In this document: positions 38,230 to 50,774 of the stretch, piece after piece
Layout of the letters: each line of letters begins with the position of its first letter
Numbering within the stretch: position 1 is the stretch's first letter
NCBI GenBank assembly: GCA_030390025.1
Contig: CM059447.1
Location: forward strand, 48,794,001 to 48,858,000
DNA from: Squalus acanthias
Lineage: Eukaryota
Length of the DNA: 64,000 bases
Direction: 5' to 3'
Made by a program: the position numbers and the translations under genes
Notes under the pieces: generated by a model
What the model saw: only the letters and a program-made list of their open reading frames with translations
The model's database searches: none
Told to the model about the DNA's origin: nothing

Positions 38230-38650
38230 CATAACATAAGAACATAAGAATTAGGAGCAGGAGTCGGGCCATTCGGCCCCTCGAGCCTGCTCCACCATTC
38301 AATAAGATCATGGCTGATCTTCGACCTCAACTCCACTTTCCCGCCCGATCCCCATATCCCTCGATTCCCCGAGAGTCCAAAAATCTATCGATCTCAGCCT
38401 TGAATATACTCAAAGACTCAGCATTCACAGCCCTCTGGGGCAGAGAATTCCAAAGATTCACCACCCTCTGAGTGAAGAAATTCCTCCTCATCTCAGTCCT
38501 AAATGGCCGATCCCTTATCCTGAGACTGTGACCCCTGGTTCTAGACTCTCCAGCCAGGGGGAAACAACCTCTCAGCATCTACCCTGTCAATCCCCCCTCA
38601 GAATCTGATATGTTTCAATGAGATCACCTCTCATTCTGCTAAACTCCAGA
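38230..38650 (-). mobile_element. CR1 3' end
   Basis: RNFFTQRVVNLWNSLPQRAV on minus; (ACATAAGA)n tail. Confidence 0.85.
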
Positions 38651-39344
38651 GAGAATTGTGCGACGACCAGGATGGACTCGATGGACCTGGCTCTTTCGTC
38701 GTCCAGTACTTCCTAGCTTCCTACATCTCAAGAGGATGTAGTTAACCCTGATACAGCCCAGTAACTGTGCAGGGTCCGCGTCGCTCACTTCTAACCCGGC
38801 TGGTTCTTTGTGAAAGGAAAATGCTGCTTGGGTCAAAATGTAACAGATTCGACATTTGGTGGGTGGCGATGTTGCTCAAGTGCGCGGGCGCTGGGGCAGG
38901 GGAAATGCAAATCAGATCCAGGGACTGGAGCTCAACACAGTACCGTTAATCTATCTAATGCTTTGCTCTTCAACGCTTTAACAGATTCACCAAAGCATCG
39001 CATCAGTGGGATCATTGCAGCGTTAACTGGGTCACTGGATAAATCAAATCCACCACTGCATTATAATGATGGCTGACCTTAACAGAACTGTGTGTTTCTA
39101 CAGGAATCCATAATGAGTTCCTAATCAATTCCGTTTCCCACTATCTAAATAGTGGAGTTCATCAGATGTGGCATCAGTGTTTACAGAGTGCCGCGGGACT
39201 GGGCAAATATTAATGCAGTGACATTTCAAGGCAATCATTTTTATATCAGCCTACGGGTCCGATTGGAGGAGGCACAGAACACAGCGGCTTTTAAACTTGT
39301 ATTGGGGGGGAATCCCTGGAAATAGTAACAGAGAACACCGTGTA

Positions 39345-42300
39345 ACTACTGACACACTGCCGGGGACCCCCTGTAAATACTGACACACTCCTGGGACCCC
39401 CTGTAAATACTGACACACACCCGGGGACCCCCTGTAAACACTGACACACTCCCGGAGACCACATGCCAATACTGACACACTCCTGAGGACACCCTGTAAA
39501 TACCGACACACACCCGGGGAGCCCACTGTAAATACTGACACACTCCCGGGAACCCCCTGCCAATACTGACACACTCCCGGGGACCCCCTGTAAACACTGA
39601 CACACTCCCGGAGACCACATGCCAATACTGACACACTCCTGAGGACACCCTGTAAATACCTGACACACACCCGGGGAGCCCACTGTAAATACTGACACAC
39701 TCCCGGGAACCCCCTGCCAATACTGACACACTCCCGGGGACCCCCTGCAAATACTGACACGCTCCCGGGCACACCCACGTAAATACTGACACACCGCCGG
39801 GGAGCCCCCTGTAAATACTGACCCACTCCCGGGGAGCCCCTGTAAATACTGACACACTCCCGGGGAGCCCCTGTCAATACTGACACACTCCCCGGGGACT
39901 CCCTGTTAATACTGACACACTCCCGAGGACCGCCCTGTAAATAATGACACACTCCCCGGGGACTCCCTGTAAATACTGACACACTCCCGAGGACCCCCTG
40001 TAAATACTGACACACTCCCGGGGACCGCCCTGTAAATAATGACACACTCCCGTGGACCCCCTGTAAATACTGACACACTACGGGGAGCCCCTGTAAATAC
40101 TGACCCACTCCCGGGGAGCCCCTGTAAATACTGACACACTCCCGGGGAGCCCGTCAATACTGACACACTCCCCGGGGACCCCTGTTAATACTGACAGACT
40201 CCCGGGGACCCCCTCTAATACTGACACACACCCGGAGATCCCCCTGTAAATACTGACACACTCCCGGAGAAAGCCCTGTAAATACTGACACACTCCCGGG
40301 GACCCCTGTTAATACTGACACACTCCCGGAGACCGCCCTGTAAATACTGACACACTCCCGGGCACACCCACGTAAATACTGACACACCGCCCGGGGACTC
40401 CCTGTAAATACTGACACACTCCCGGAGATCCCCCTGTAAATACTGACACACTCCCGGAGAAAGCCCTGTAAATACTGACCCGCTCCCGGGGACCTGCTGT
40501 AAATACTGACACACTCCCGGGGACCCCCTGTAAATACTGACACACTCCCGGGGACCTCCTGTAAATACTGACACACTCCCGGGGAACCCCCTGTAAATAC
40601 TGACACACTCCCGGGAAAAGCCCTGTAAATACTGACACACACCCGGGGACCCCCTCTAATACTGACACACACCCGGGGACCCCCTGTAAATACTGACCCA
40701 CTCCCGGGGAGCCCCTGTAAATACTGACACACTCCCGGGGAGCCCCTGTCAATACTGACACACTCCCCGGGGACCCCTGTTAATACTGACACACTCCCGG
40801 AGACCGCCCTGTAAATAATGACACACTCCCCGGGGACTCCCTGTAAATACTGACACACTCCCGAGGACCCCCTGTAAATACTGACACACTCCCGGGGACT
40901 CCCTGTAAATACTGACACACTCCCGGGGACCCCCTGTAAATACTGACACACTCCCGGGGACCGCCCTGTAAATACTGACCCACTCCCGTGGACCCCCTGT
41001 AAATACTGACACACTACGGGGAGCCCCTGTAAATACTGACCCACTCCCGGGGAGCCCCTGTAAATACTGACACACTCCCGGGGAGCCCCTGTCAATACTG
41101 ACACACTCCCCGGGGACCCCTGTTAATACTGACAGACTCCCGGGGACCCCCTCTAATACTGACACACACCCGGAGATCCCCCTGTAAATACTGACACACT
41201 CCCGGAGAAAGCCCTGTAAATACTGACACACTCCCGGGGACCCGTGTTAATACTGACACACTCCCGGAGACCGCCCTGTAAATACTGACACACTCCCGGG
41301 CACACCCACGTAAATACTGACACACCGCCCGGGGACTCCCTGTAAATACTGACACACTCCCGGAGATCCCCCTGTAAATACTGACACACTCCCGGAGAAA
41401 GCCCTGTAAATACTGACCCGCTCCCGGGGTCCTCCTGTAAATACTGACACACTCCCGGGGACCTCCTGTAAATACTGACACACCCCCGGGGACCTCCTGT
41501 AAATACTGACACACCCCCGGGGAACCCCCTGTAAATACTGACACACTCCCGGGAAAAGCCCTGTAAATACTGACACACACCCGGGGACCCCCTGTAAATA
41601 CTGACACACTCCCAGGGACCCCCTGTAAATACTGACACACACCCGGGGACCCCCTGTAAATACTGACACACTCCCGGGGACCCCCTGTAAATACTGACAC
41701 ACTCCCGGGATCCCCTGTAAATACTGACACACACCCGGGGACCCCCTGTAAATACTGACACACTCCCGGGGAAAGCCCTCTAAATACTGACACACTCCCA
41801 GGGACCCCCTGTAAATACTGACACACTCCCGGGACGACCTATAAATACTGACACACTCCCGGGGACCCCCTGTAAATACTGACACACTCCCGGGGAACCC
41901 CTGTAAATACTGACACACTCCTGGGGACCCCCTGTAAATACTGACACACTCCCGAGGACCCCCTGTAAATACTGACACACTCCCGAGGACCCCCTGTAAA
42001 TACTGACACACTCCCGGGGACCCCCTGTAAATACTGACCCACTCCCGAGGACCCCCTGTAAATACAGACACACTCCCGGGGACCCCCTGTAAATACTGAC
42101 ACACTCCTGGGGACCCCCTGTAAATACTGATACACTCCCGGGGACCCCCTGTAAATACTGACCCACCCCTGGGGACCCCCTGTAAATACTGACACACTCC
42201 CAGGGACCCCCTGTAAATACTGACCCACTCCCGGGGACCCCCTGTAAATACTGACACACTCCCGGGAACCCCCTGTAAATACTGACACACTCCCGAGGAC

Positions 42301-43145
42301 CTCCTGTAAATACTGACACACTCCCGGGGACCCCCTGTAAATACTGACCCACTCCCGGGGACCCCCTGTAAATACTGACACACTCCCAGGGACCCCCTGT
42401 AAATACTGACACACTCCTGGGGACCCCCTGTAAATACTGACACACTCCCGGGGACCCCCTGTAAATACTGACCCACCCCCGGGGACCCCCTGTAAATACG
42501 AACACACACTCCCGGGGACCCCCTGTAAATACTGACCTACCCCCGGGGACCCCCTGTAAATACTGACCCACTCCCGGGGACACCCTGTAAATACTGACAC
42601 ACTCCTGGGGACCCCCTGTAAATACTGACCCTCCCCCGGGGACCCCCTGTAAATACTGACACACTCCCGGGGACCCCCTGTAAATACTGACCCTCCCCCG
42701 GGGACCCCCTGTAAATACTGACACACACTCCCGGGGACCCCCTGTAAATACTGACCCACCCCCGGGGACCCCCTGTAAATACTGACACACTCCTGGGGAC
42801 CCCCTGCCAATACTGACCCACTCCCGGGGACACCCTGTAAATACTGACACACTCCCGGGGACCCCTTGTAAATACTGACACACTCCCGGGGACCCCCTGT
42901 AAATACTGACCCACTCCCGGGGACCCCCTGTAAATAGTGACACACACCCGGGGACACCCTGTAAATACTGACCCACTCCCGGGGACACCCTGTAAATACT
43001 GACACACTCCCGGGGACCCCCTGTAAATACTGACACACTCCCGGGTACCCCCTGTAAATACTGACACACTCCCGGGGACCTCCTGTAAATACTGACACAC
43101 TCCCGGGGACCCCCTGTAAATACTGACACACTCCTGGGGACCCCG
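39345..43145. repeat. ~3.8-kb 31-bp minisatellite (CTGTAAATACTGACACACTCCCGGGGACCCC), ~120 copies, ~938-bp higher-order block
   Basis: Direct periodicity; variant CACACCCACGTAAAT at ~40363 and ~41301. Confidence 0.95.
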
Positions 43146-46100
43146 TCCCTCGGAACCAAGGATGACTTGCTTCCACACTAAAAATGAGTTCTCAGGTGAC
43201 TGATGAGTCCAATGCGGGACCTGCAGTCTCTGTCACAGGTGGGGCAGACGGTGGTTGAAGGGGCGGGTGGGTGGCGTGCTTGGGTTGACGTGCGCTCCTT
43301 CCGCTGTTTGCGCTTGGTTTCCGCTTGCTCCCGGTGAAGAGACGCGAGGTGTTCGGCGCCTTCCCGGATGCTTCTCCTCCACTTTGTGCGGTCTTGGGCC
43401 AGGGATTCCCAGCTGTCGGTGGGAATATTGCACTTTTTCAAGGAGGCTTTGAGGGTGTCCTTGAAGCGTTTCCTCTGCCCACCTGGGGCTCTCTTGCCGT
43501 GTCGAAGCTCCGAGTAGAGCGCTTGTTTTGGGAGTCTCGTATCGGGCATGCGGACAATGTGACTCGTCCATCGGAGCTGATCGAGCACGGTCAAAGCGTC
43601 GGTGCTGGGGATGTTGGCCTGAGCGAGAACACTGACATTGGTGCGCCTATCCTGCCAATGGATTTGCAGGATCTTGCGGAGGTAGCGTTGGTGGTACCTC
43701 TCCAGTGCTTTGAGGTGCCTGCTGTACATGGACCATGTCTCTGAAGCATACAGCAGGGCGGGTATCACTGCTGCTCTGTAGACTATGAGCTTAGTGCTGG
43801 GTTTGAGGTCCTGGTCTTCAAACACTCTCTTCCTCAGGCGACCGAAGGCTGCACTGGCACACTGAAGGCGGTGTTGGACTTCGTCATCGACGTCTGCCCT
43901 TGTTGACAGTAGGCTCCCGAGGTATGGAAAGTGGTCCACGTTGTCCAAGGCCTTGTCGTGGATTTTGATAATCGGGGGGGCAGTACTGTGTGGCGGGGGC
44001 AGGTTGGGAGAGGACCTTTGTCTTACGGATGTTTAGTGCAAGGCCTGACATGAATCTTGTCATTCATGTGGAAATGACTTATGAAATAATACTGGGTGGC
44101 CTGCGGGTGGTGCTGTCCAGGGAGAGTAGAAATACTCGTGCATGGGCCCAGCTTGCTCAGGACATTCTTAACAGGAACTAGGGAAGGATACAACTAGATC
44201 TCCATGTTGTAAAACAGTTGATTAAAGCTTTGTTTAACGCTTAGACCAAGTGCCTAGTAGTTTTCTTACGTCAAGGCCCATGCTCTTGTACGCTTCAGTG
44301 AAGGTGTTGACGATGGTTTGGAGTTCGACCTCCGAGTGAGCGAAGACACAAGCGTCGTCTGCATACTGTAATTCGACGACAGAGGATGGGACAACCTTGG
44401 ATCTGGACTGGAGGCGACAGAGGTTGAACAGTTTCCCGTTTGTTCTGTAAATTAGTTCCACTCCAGCGGGGAGCTTACTGAGGGTGAGCTGGAGCATTGC
44501 AGCAAGGAAGATCGAGAAGAGCGTTGGTGCGATGACACAGCCTTGCTTGACCCCGGTCCGTACGTGAATTGGGTCTGTGGTGGAACCGTTGGTCAGGATC
44601 ACGGCTTGCATGTTGTCGTGAAGCAGGCGGAGGATGGTGACAAACTTTTGAGGGCAGCCAAATTTGAGGAGGACGCTCCATAATCCCTCACGATTGACGG
44701 TGTCGAAGGCCTTTGTGAGATCAAAGAAGGCCATGTACAGTGGTTGGTGCTGTTCCCTGCATTTCTCTTGTATTTGACGCGCGGTGAAGATCATGTCCAT
44801 TGTGCCCCAAAGTGGGCGGAATCCACATTGTGACTCTGGGAGGAGCTCTTCGGCCACTGGGAGAAGGCGATTGAGGAGGATTCTTGCGATGACTTTCCCT
44901 GTGGCAGACAGCAGGGAAACTCCTCTGTAATTACCGCAATCGGACTTGTCACCTTTCTTGACGATGGTCACGATTACGGCGTCTCTGAGATCCCCTGGCA
45001 TGCTCTCCTTCCAAATAAGAGAAATGAGTTCATGTATTCGCGCCAATAGTGCTTCTCCGCCATGCTTTAGTGCCTCGGCGGGGATTCCATCTGCTCCGGA
45101 GGCCTTGTTGTTCTTCAGTTGTCAGATGGCCTTTTCAACCTCATGCCGGGCTGGGGTTGTGCTGAGATGGTGGCGGGTAGCATGCTGCGGGATGGAGTTG
45201 AGGACACTCACGTCGAAGACAGAGTCATGGTTAAGGAGATCTTTGAAGTGCTCCTTCCAGCGGGCACTGACTGTCTCTCTGTCCTTGATGATCACCTCTC
45301 CGTTCTTGGCCCGCAGTGGGGTAGGACCTTGGGTGCTTGGGCCGTAGGTGGTCTTGACTGCGCTAAAGAATCCACGCACGTCGTGGTTGTCGGCTAGCTG
45401 CTGGATCTCCTGCGCTTTCTCCACCCACCATCTGTTCTTTAGGTCGCGAGTTTTTTGTTGGACCTCGACCTTCAGGCGTCTGTAGAGCTGCTTTCTTGCT
45501 CTCGAGTTCTGTTGCTGTTTCCAGATCAAGAATGCCTTGCGCTTGCGGCTTATTAGCTCCTGGATCTCCTGGTCGTTCTCGTCGAACCAGTCTTGGTGTT
45601 TCCTGGTCGAGTGACCAAGCGTCTCTTCACAGGCGCTGATTATGGAGGCCTTGAGTGCAGACCAGGCGCTGTGGACACTCTGTGTCTCTGAATCACTGGG
45701 AGTCGTCAGGCTGGTTGTGAGGCGCAGGCTGAATAGGGCTTTCTTAGCGGAGTCTTTGAGTGCTCCAGCGTTGATTTTCCTGCGGCATTGCTTCTGTGCC
45801 GCCGCTGTTTTGGGGCTACATTGATGGAGATGACATAGCGGATTAGGCGGTGGTCTGTCCAGCAGTCGTCAGCTCCTGTCATGGCGTGGGTGATACGAAC
45901 GTTCTTGCGGTCCCTCGCTCGGACGATGGCGTAGTCCAGCAGATGCCAGTGCTTGGAGCGAGGGTGCTGCCATGAAGCCTTGTACTTGTCCCTCTGACGG
46001 AACAAGGTGTTGGTTATGACAAGGCCATGTTCGAAGCATTTTGTGTGGAGGAGGGTACCCATTGGAGTTGGCTTTCCCGACCCGCTCTCTGCCGATCACA

Positions 46101-46220
46101 CCACCCCAGAGATCTGTGACCTTTCCAACTCTGGCGTTAAAGTCGCCAAGGGGGATCAGCTTGTCGCCCTTTGGGACTTGGGACAGGGATTGTTCGAGGC
46201 TGGAGTAGAATTCCTCTTTG
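43146..46220 (-). mobile_element. RTE-clade LINE (APE + RT + C-terminal zinc finger), disrupted; 5' end lost in the gap
   Basis: APE: GDFNARVG, SWQHPRSKHWHLLDY, TDHRL; RT: FFDLTKAFDTVNR, GVKQGCVIAPTLF, QYADDA; C-terminal CPTCDRDCRSRIGLISHLRTH. Confidence 0.92.
44046..44273. mobile_element. 228-bp solo-LTR-like insertion in the RTE RT region
   Basis: TGAC...GTCA termini, 5-bp target duplication AGGCC (44041-45 and 44274-78), internal ATTAAA at 44221; removal rejoins RTE MGL|ALNIRKTKVL. Confidence 0.75.
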
Positions 46221-46420
46221 NNNNNNNNNNNNNNNNNNNNNNNNNNNNNNNNNNNNNNNNNNNNNNNNNNNNNNNNNNNNNNNNNNNNNNNNNNNNNNNN
46301 NNNNNNNNNNNNNNNNNNNNNNNNNNNNNNNNNNNNNNNNNNNNNNNNNNNNNNNNNNNNNNNNNNNNNNNNNNNNNNNNNNNNNNNNNNNNNNNNNNNN
46401 NNNNNNNNNNNNNNNNNNNN
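46221..46420. other. Assembly gap (200 N)
   Basis: Run of exactly 200 N; unrelated elements (RTE vs CR1) on either side. Confidence 0.99.
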
Positions 46421-47633
46421 ATTGGATAGGGAATTCAACCATGTTATGGTACCATTCATTCCAAGGGGATCCATAACTAGGACATTATTAATTAATCCTG
46501 ACATCATTACACAGGACCAGGTCCAAGGTTGCTTGCCCCTTGTAGGATCTGATACATACTGCTCAAGAAATCCATCCCTAAGACCACTCATTAAGCTCTT
46601 CCTCAGGCTGCCCTGCCCAATTTGATTTGTCCAGTTAATATGATAGTTAAATCTCCCATAAATTATAGCTGTTCCCTTATTACATGACCCAACTATTTCT
46701 GATTAATACTTCTTCCAACAGAGTTGCAACTATTAGGGAGGCCTATATACAACGCCCACCAGTGTTTTTTTCACCTTATCTATTCCTTATCTCTACCCAA
46801 AACTGTTTCATTATCCTGATCTTTTGACCAATATCATTTATCTCTATTACAGTGATTCCTTCCTTTATTAACATAGCCAGCCCCCCCCCCCTCCCCCTTC
46901 CTTCCTGCTCTGTCCTTCTGATTGTTGAAACCCTGGCATATTTAATTCCCAGACGTGTCACACCTGCCAGCACATTGTTTCTGTAATGGCCACAAGATCA
47001 TACCATACATTGTTATTTGTGACGTTAACTCGTCCATTTGTTACGAATGCTACGTGCATTCAGATAAAGAACTTTCAAATGTGTTTTGTGACACTTACTT
47101 CCTGCTTTTTCTTATTTAACACTTTACCTTTTACTCCATACCTTATGTCCCTTCCTGACTGCTTTCCTCTGTCTCCCTGCTCAGGTTCCCAACCCCCTGC
47201 CACATTAGTTTAATCCTCCCCCAACAGCACTAGCAAACATCCCCCGAGGACAGCGGTCCCGGCCCTGCCCAGGTGCAGACCATCGTTTGTACTGTCCCAC
47301 GTCCCCAGAAACGGTTCCAATGTCCCAGGAATTTGAATCCCTCCCCCTTGCACCATTCCTCTAGCCACGGATTCATTGAAATATCCCTCCTATTTCTACT
47401 CTGACTAGCACGTGGCACTGGTAGCAATCCTGAGATTACTACCTTTGAGGTCCTATTTTTTAATTCACCTTCTAACTCCCTATATCTGATTTTAGGACCT
47501 CATCCCGTTTTTTACCTATGTCGTTGGTGCCTATGTGCACCACGACAGCTGGCTGTTCTCCCTCCCCCTCCAAAATGTTCTGTAGCCGCTCCGAGACGTC
47601 CTTGACCCTTGCACCAGGGAGGCAACACACCAT
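46421..47633 (-). mobile_element. CR1 LINE 5' region (ORF1 esterase + start of ORF2 endonuclease), frameshifted
   Basis: ORF1 remnants HIGTNDIG and WLEEWCKGEGFKFLGHWNRFWGR; ORF2 GFLEQYVSDPTRG. Confidence 0.8.
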
Positions 47634-47816
47634 CAGTCAATCCCTAACTCCCCACACTGAGTCTTGGTTCATGTTTTTAAAAGTCAGATTGATACTGGTT
47701 GGTGTCAGTTACTTGAGGGCGAAAGAAACATGCATGAAATTGTTAATAATTGGGTTGTCTCGAGATATTAGCGTCAAAGAAATAAAATATTTTCTTTATT
47801 AAATATCTGAATTGTG
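47634..47816 (-). repeat. Remnant upstream flank of a third Ig light-chain cluster
   Basis: Aligns with 50201-50383 and 62742-62925 (AGTCAATCCCTAACTCCCCACA...AAATATCTGAATTGTG). Confidence 0.85.
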
Positions 47817-48729
47817 CCTAAGTCGCTATTTTATCAATCAGTGCTCCTCTGAAAGCTTCGGCAAAGTGTGCCTGTGCCGGGTCTTTGAAAGAGCTATCCA
47901 ATTATTTCCACTCCCCCTGGACTTTCCATAAAATACCAACATTTATCCCCTTCAAATATTTATCCAATTCCCTTTTGAAAGTTACTATTCAATCTGCTTC
48001 CACCGCCCTTTCAGGCAGCGCATTCCAGATCACCACAAATCGCTGCGTAAAACAAAATCACCTCCCGTAGACTCTGGTTCGTTTGCCAATTATCTAAAAT
48101 CATGTCCTCTGGTTACCGACCCTCCTGCCAGTGTAAAAAGTTTCTCCTTATTTACTCTATCAAACCATTCATGAATTTTTGCAACTCTATTAAATCTCCC
48201 CTTCACCTTGTCTGCTCTAAGGAGAACAATCCCAGCGTCTCCAGACTCTCCACATAACTGAAGTCCCTCATCCCTGGTGCCAGTCTGGTAAATCTCCTCT
48301 GCACCGTCGCCAGGGAATTGACATTTTCCCTAAAGTCTAAAGTATCAAAACCTCTTTACTTTTCACATTAATTCATAACTTCAAAGTATTTATCCAATTC
48401 TCTTTTGAGAGTTACTATTGAATCTGCTTCCACCGCCCTTTCAGGCAGCGCATTCCAGATCAACAACTCGCTGCGGAAAAAGAACTCTTCTCCTCATCTC
48501 CCCGATTGAATGGGAGCAGGAAATGGTGTCAATCTTCATTTCAGCGCAGTATTATTCCCTAAGGCGCTTCAACAATTCTAATTCTGAGCAGTTTTACATT
48601 TTTTGGGTATAAATAGATCCAACATCAAAATTCACTAAATGGAGATTTCTCTGGCGCCCGGGAATGAACGCGACTGCAAATTAACAATTATTGAAACAAT
48701 GTGAATGATAGAATGAGAGAGTCACTTAC

Positions 48730-49083
48730 TCTTTATACTCAGGACGGTCCCCGGTCCGAAGATGAATCCCGACTCCCACACAGCACAGTAATAGACGGCG
48801 GAATCACCGGGCACCAGGGTTCCGATGGTCAGAATGTAACTGTTACCGGAGGCGTCTCTGGAAGGTTGAAAACGGTCTGTGAAGCCGGTGCCTCGGTATA
48901 TAGCTCCATCGGTGTTATGTCTTATCACCCCGGCCGGAGCTTCCCCGGGTCGCTGTCGGAACCAGTACACATTGTCGCTGCCCACAGCCCCGTTCTCCAT
49001 CGCACACTGTAACCGGGCGGTCTGACCCGCGGAGACAGGATCGGATATTGGGGACTGATTGAGTACGGGAGCCGCCAGGACAC
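48730..49083 (-). CDS. Ig light chain type I (NS5/sigma-cart), germline-joined VJ exon, copy 1; no cognate C exon
   Basis: PVLNQSPISDPVSAGQTARLQC..W.RQRPGEAP..RGTGFTDRFQPSRD..DSAVYYCAVWESGFIFGPGTVLSIK; V and J in one frame with no RSS; acceptor TTGAAG|, donor A|GTAAGT. Confidence 0.92.
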
Positions 49084-49235
49084 CTTCAATAAAAGAAAAA
49101 AGTCAACCCATTCAGAGATTTGGAGCAAATAGGAAGTAAATGCGTCAATAAACACGGAGAGAAAACCGCCCGATTCTCGGTATTGAACCGATTTAGTTGC
49201 GGATAAACCCGTGACTAAAACCATCCGTGTCTCAC

Positions 49236-49284
49236 CTGTTAAATGGATCAGCAGAGCCCACAGGAGATGCATCGCTGGAGCCAT
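49236..49284 (-). CDS. Ig light-chain leader exon, copy 1
   Basis: MAPAMHLLWALLIHLT(G); phase-1 donor G|GTGAGA matches the VJ exon phase. Confidence 0.88.
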
Positions 49285-49400
49285 TTCCTCCGGAGAAGCG
49301 CCAACAGCCACCGCTCAAATTTCCGACTGAACCGTGCGTTGTTCCTGTAAACTCCGGGACCCGGTCCGGTTACAGTGTCTGCAAACCCCAGACTCCGGGT

Positions 49401-49424
49401 CTATTTATTACCCGGTATGCAAAT
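49401..49424 (-). promoter_or_regulatory. Ig V promoter: octamer ATTTGCAT plus TATA-like TAATAAATAG
   Basis: ATGCAAAT on plus at 49417-49424, ~135 nt upstream of ATG, in light-chain orientation; conserved in copy 2. Confidence 0.8.
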
Positions 49425-50774
49425 GGCTGGGAGGGGCCAGGAAAAGGAAGGAGGCAGATTTTTAATTCGGGTATTTTTATTTAAATCTATTTGTGCCTGA
49501 TTAAATTATTAAAATCTTAATCATTCGATTTACAAATGTTTAAACTCCAATTGAAGTTTCTGTTAAGGGAAGATTCCAAGATATCGAAGATTTTTGCGTT
49601 TAATGAATATTTAATCTGTTTTCTACCCCAGAAAAATGAGGGGCGGATTGTAGAGATACGGATCAGCTGATGCACTTCGGCCGGAATCGTTCTGATAACG
49701 CGCTGTTACTCTCCGATATACTGCATCAGATTTTAAAATAATCGTTTCCCCTAAAATACATATTTCATAATAGACTGACGTCCCTTTCTCTATATTAGCA
49801 GCCAGACAACCCTGGATTCGTCAATCCCTTTAAAATTGGGATTTCAATTGATAAATATGACTTGGGATTCAGTCGGTAAATAACATTCTGATGAGAATAT
49901 TCCTGAGGCGGAGTAAAGATCGAATTAGATGAATGAGAAAGAGGAGAAGAAAGCGGCATTTTACAGCCTGCCCCGGATTAAAGAGAAGTTCTTCTATTAT
50001 ATTCTGAGGCACCCCATTTAAAACTCAGGAGTACAAATACAACTCGGCACAATATTAATAAAATGACACCTTGCCTTTAATTTGCTGCGGGTCCGATCAA
50101 TGTGCGCAGTTCCCGTTTTAAACCCTGTTCCAGTTGAATTATTAAGCGGCGGGGTCAGTTGTTTCTGGGGCTCTGTGATGTTGAACACTTCGCCTGTTTG
50201 GAGTCAATCCCTAACTCCCCACATTGAGGCTTGGTTCATGTTTTTAAAAGTCAGATTAAAACTGGTTAGTGTCAGTTACTTGAGGGCGGAAGAAACATGC
50301 ATCAAATTGTTAATAATTGGGTTGTCTCGAGATATTCGCGTCAAAGAAATAAAATATTTTGTTTATTAAATATCTGAATTGTGCAACTGTGAAGTTAGGT
50401 ATTCCCCTGTTCCTTAGAAAAACACACAGAGCGGCCGCAGGGATTCTCGCACCCTGGAGTAGCCGGCACTGAATTCGGGCAGGGATTGGTTCTCACCTGG
50501 ACAAGGGGCTTTTCCGTGAAGCCCAGGTGCTTGGTTCTGTTTCTGCGCTTGAACTGATCACTGATTCCTCTGGTCTGTTAGAATTATTAAAGGGGCTTTG
50601 GTGCTGTGACTGGAGCTGCTCTCTCAACCTTGCACAGGTCCCCAGAGCTTTGTCACTGCTGACACTGACACGGCCGACTGGAGAACCAATCATTGCAGAG
50701 CACTGGCAACACCGCGCACTGCACTTTGGGAGTTGTAGTTCCACATTGGACAATACATAAGATCAGCGTGTCTA

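Noticed and set aside
39251-43178. Many long repetitive ORFs (CQYLQGVPGSVSVFTGG)
   Set aside because: Translations of the 31-bp minisatellite; the same applies to ORFs over the 33-, 21- and 23-bp arrays
45869-46625. ORFs spanning the N run
   Set aside because: Artefactual fusion of CR1 and RTE fragments across the gap
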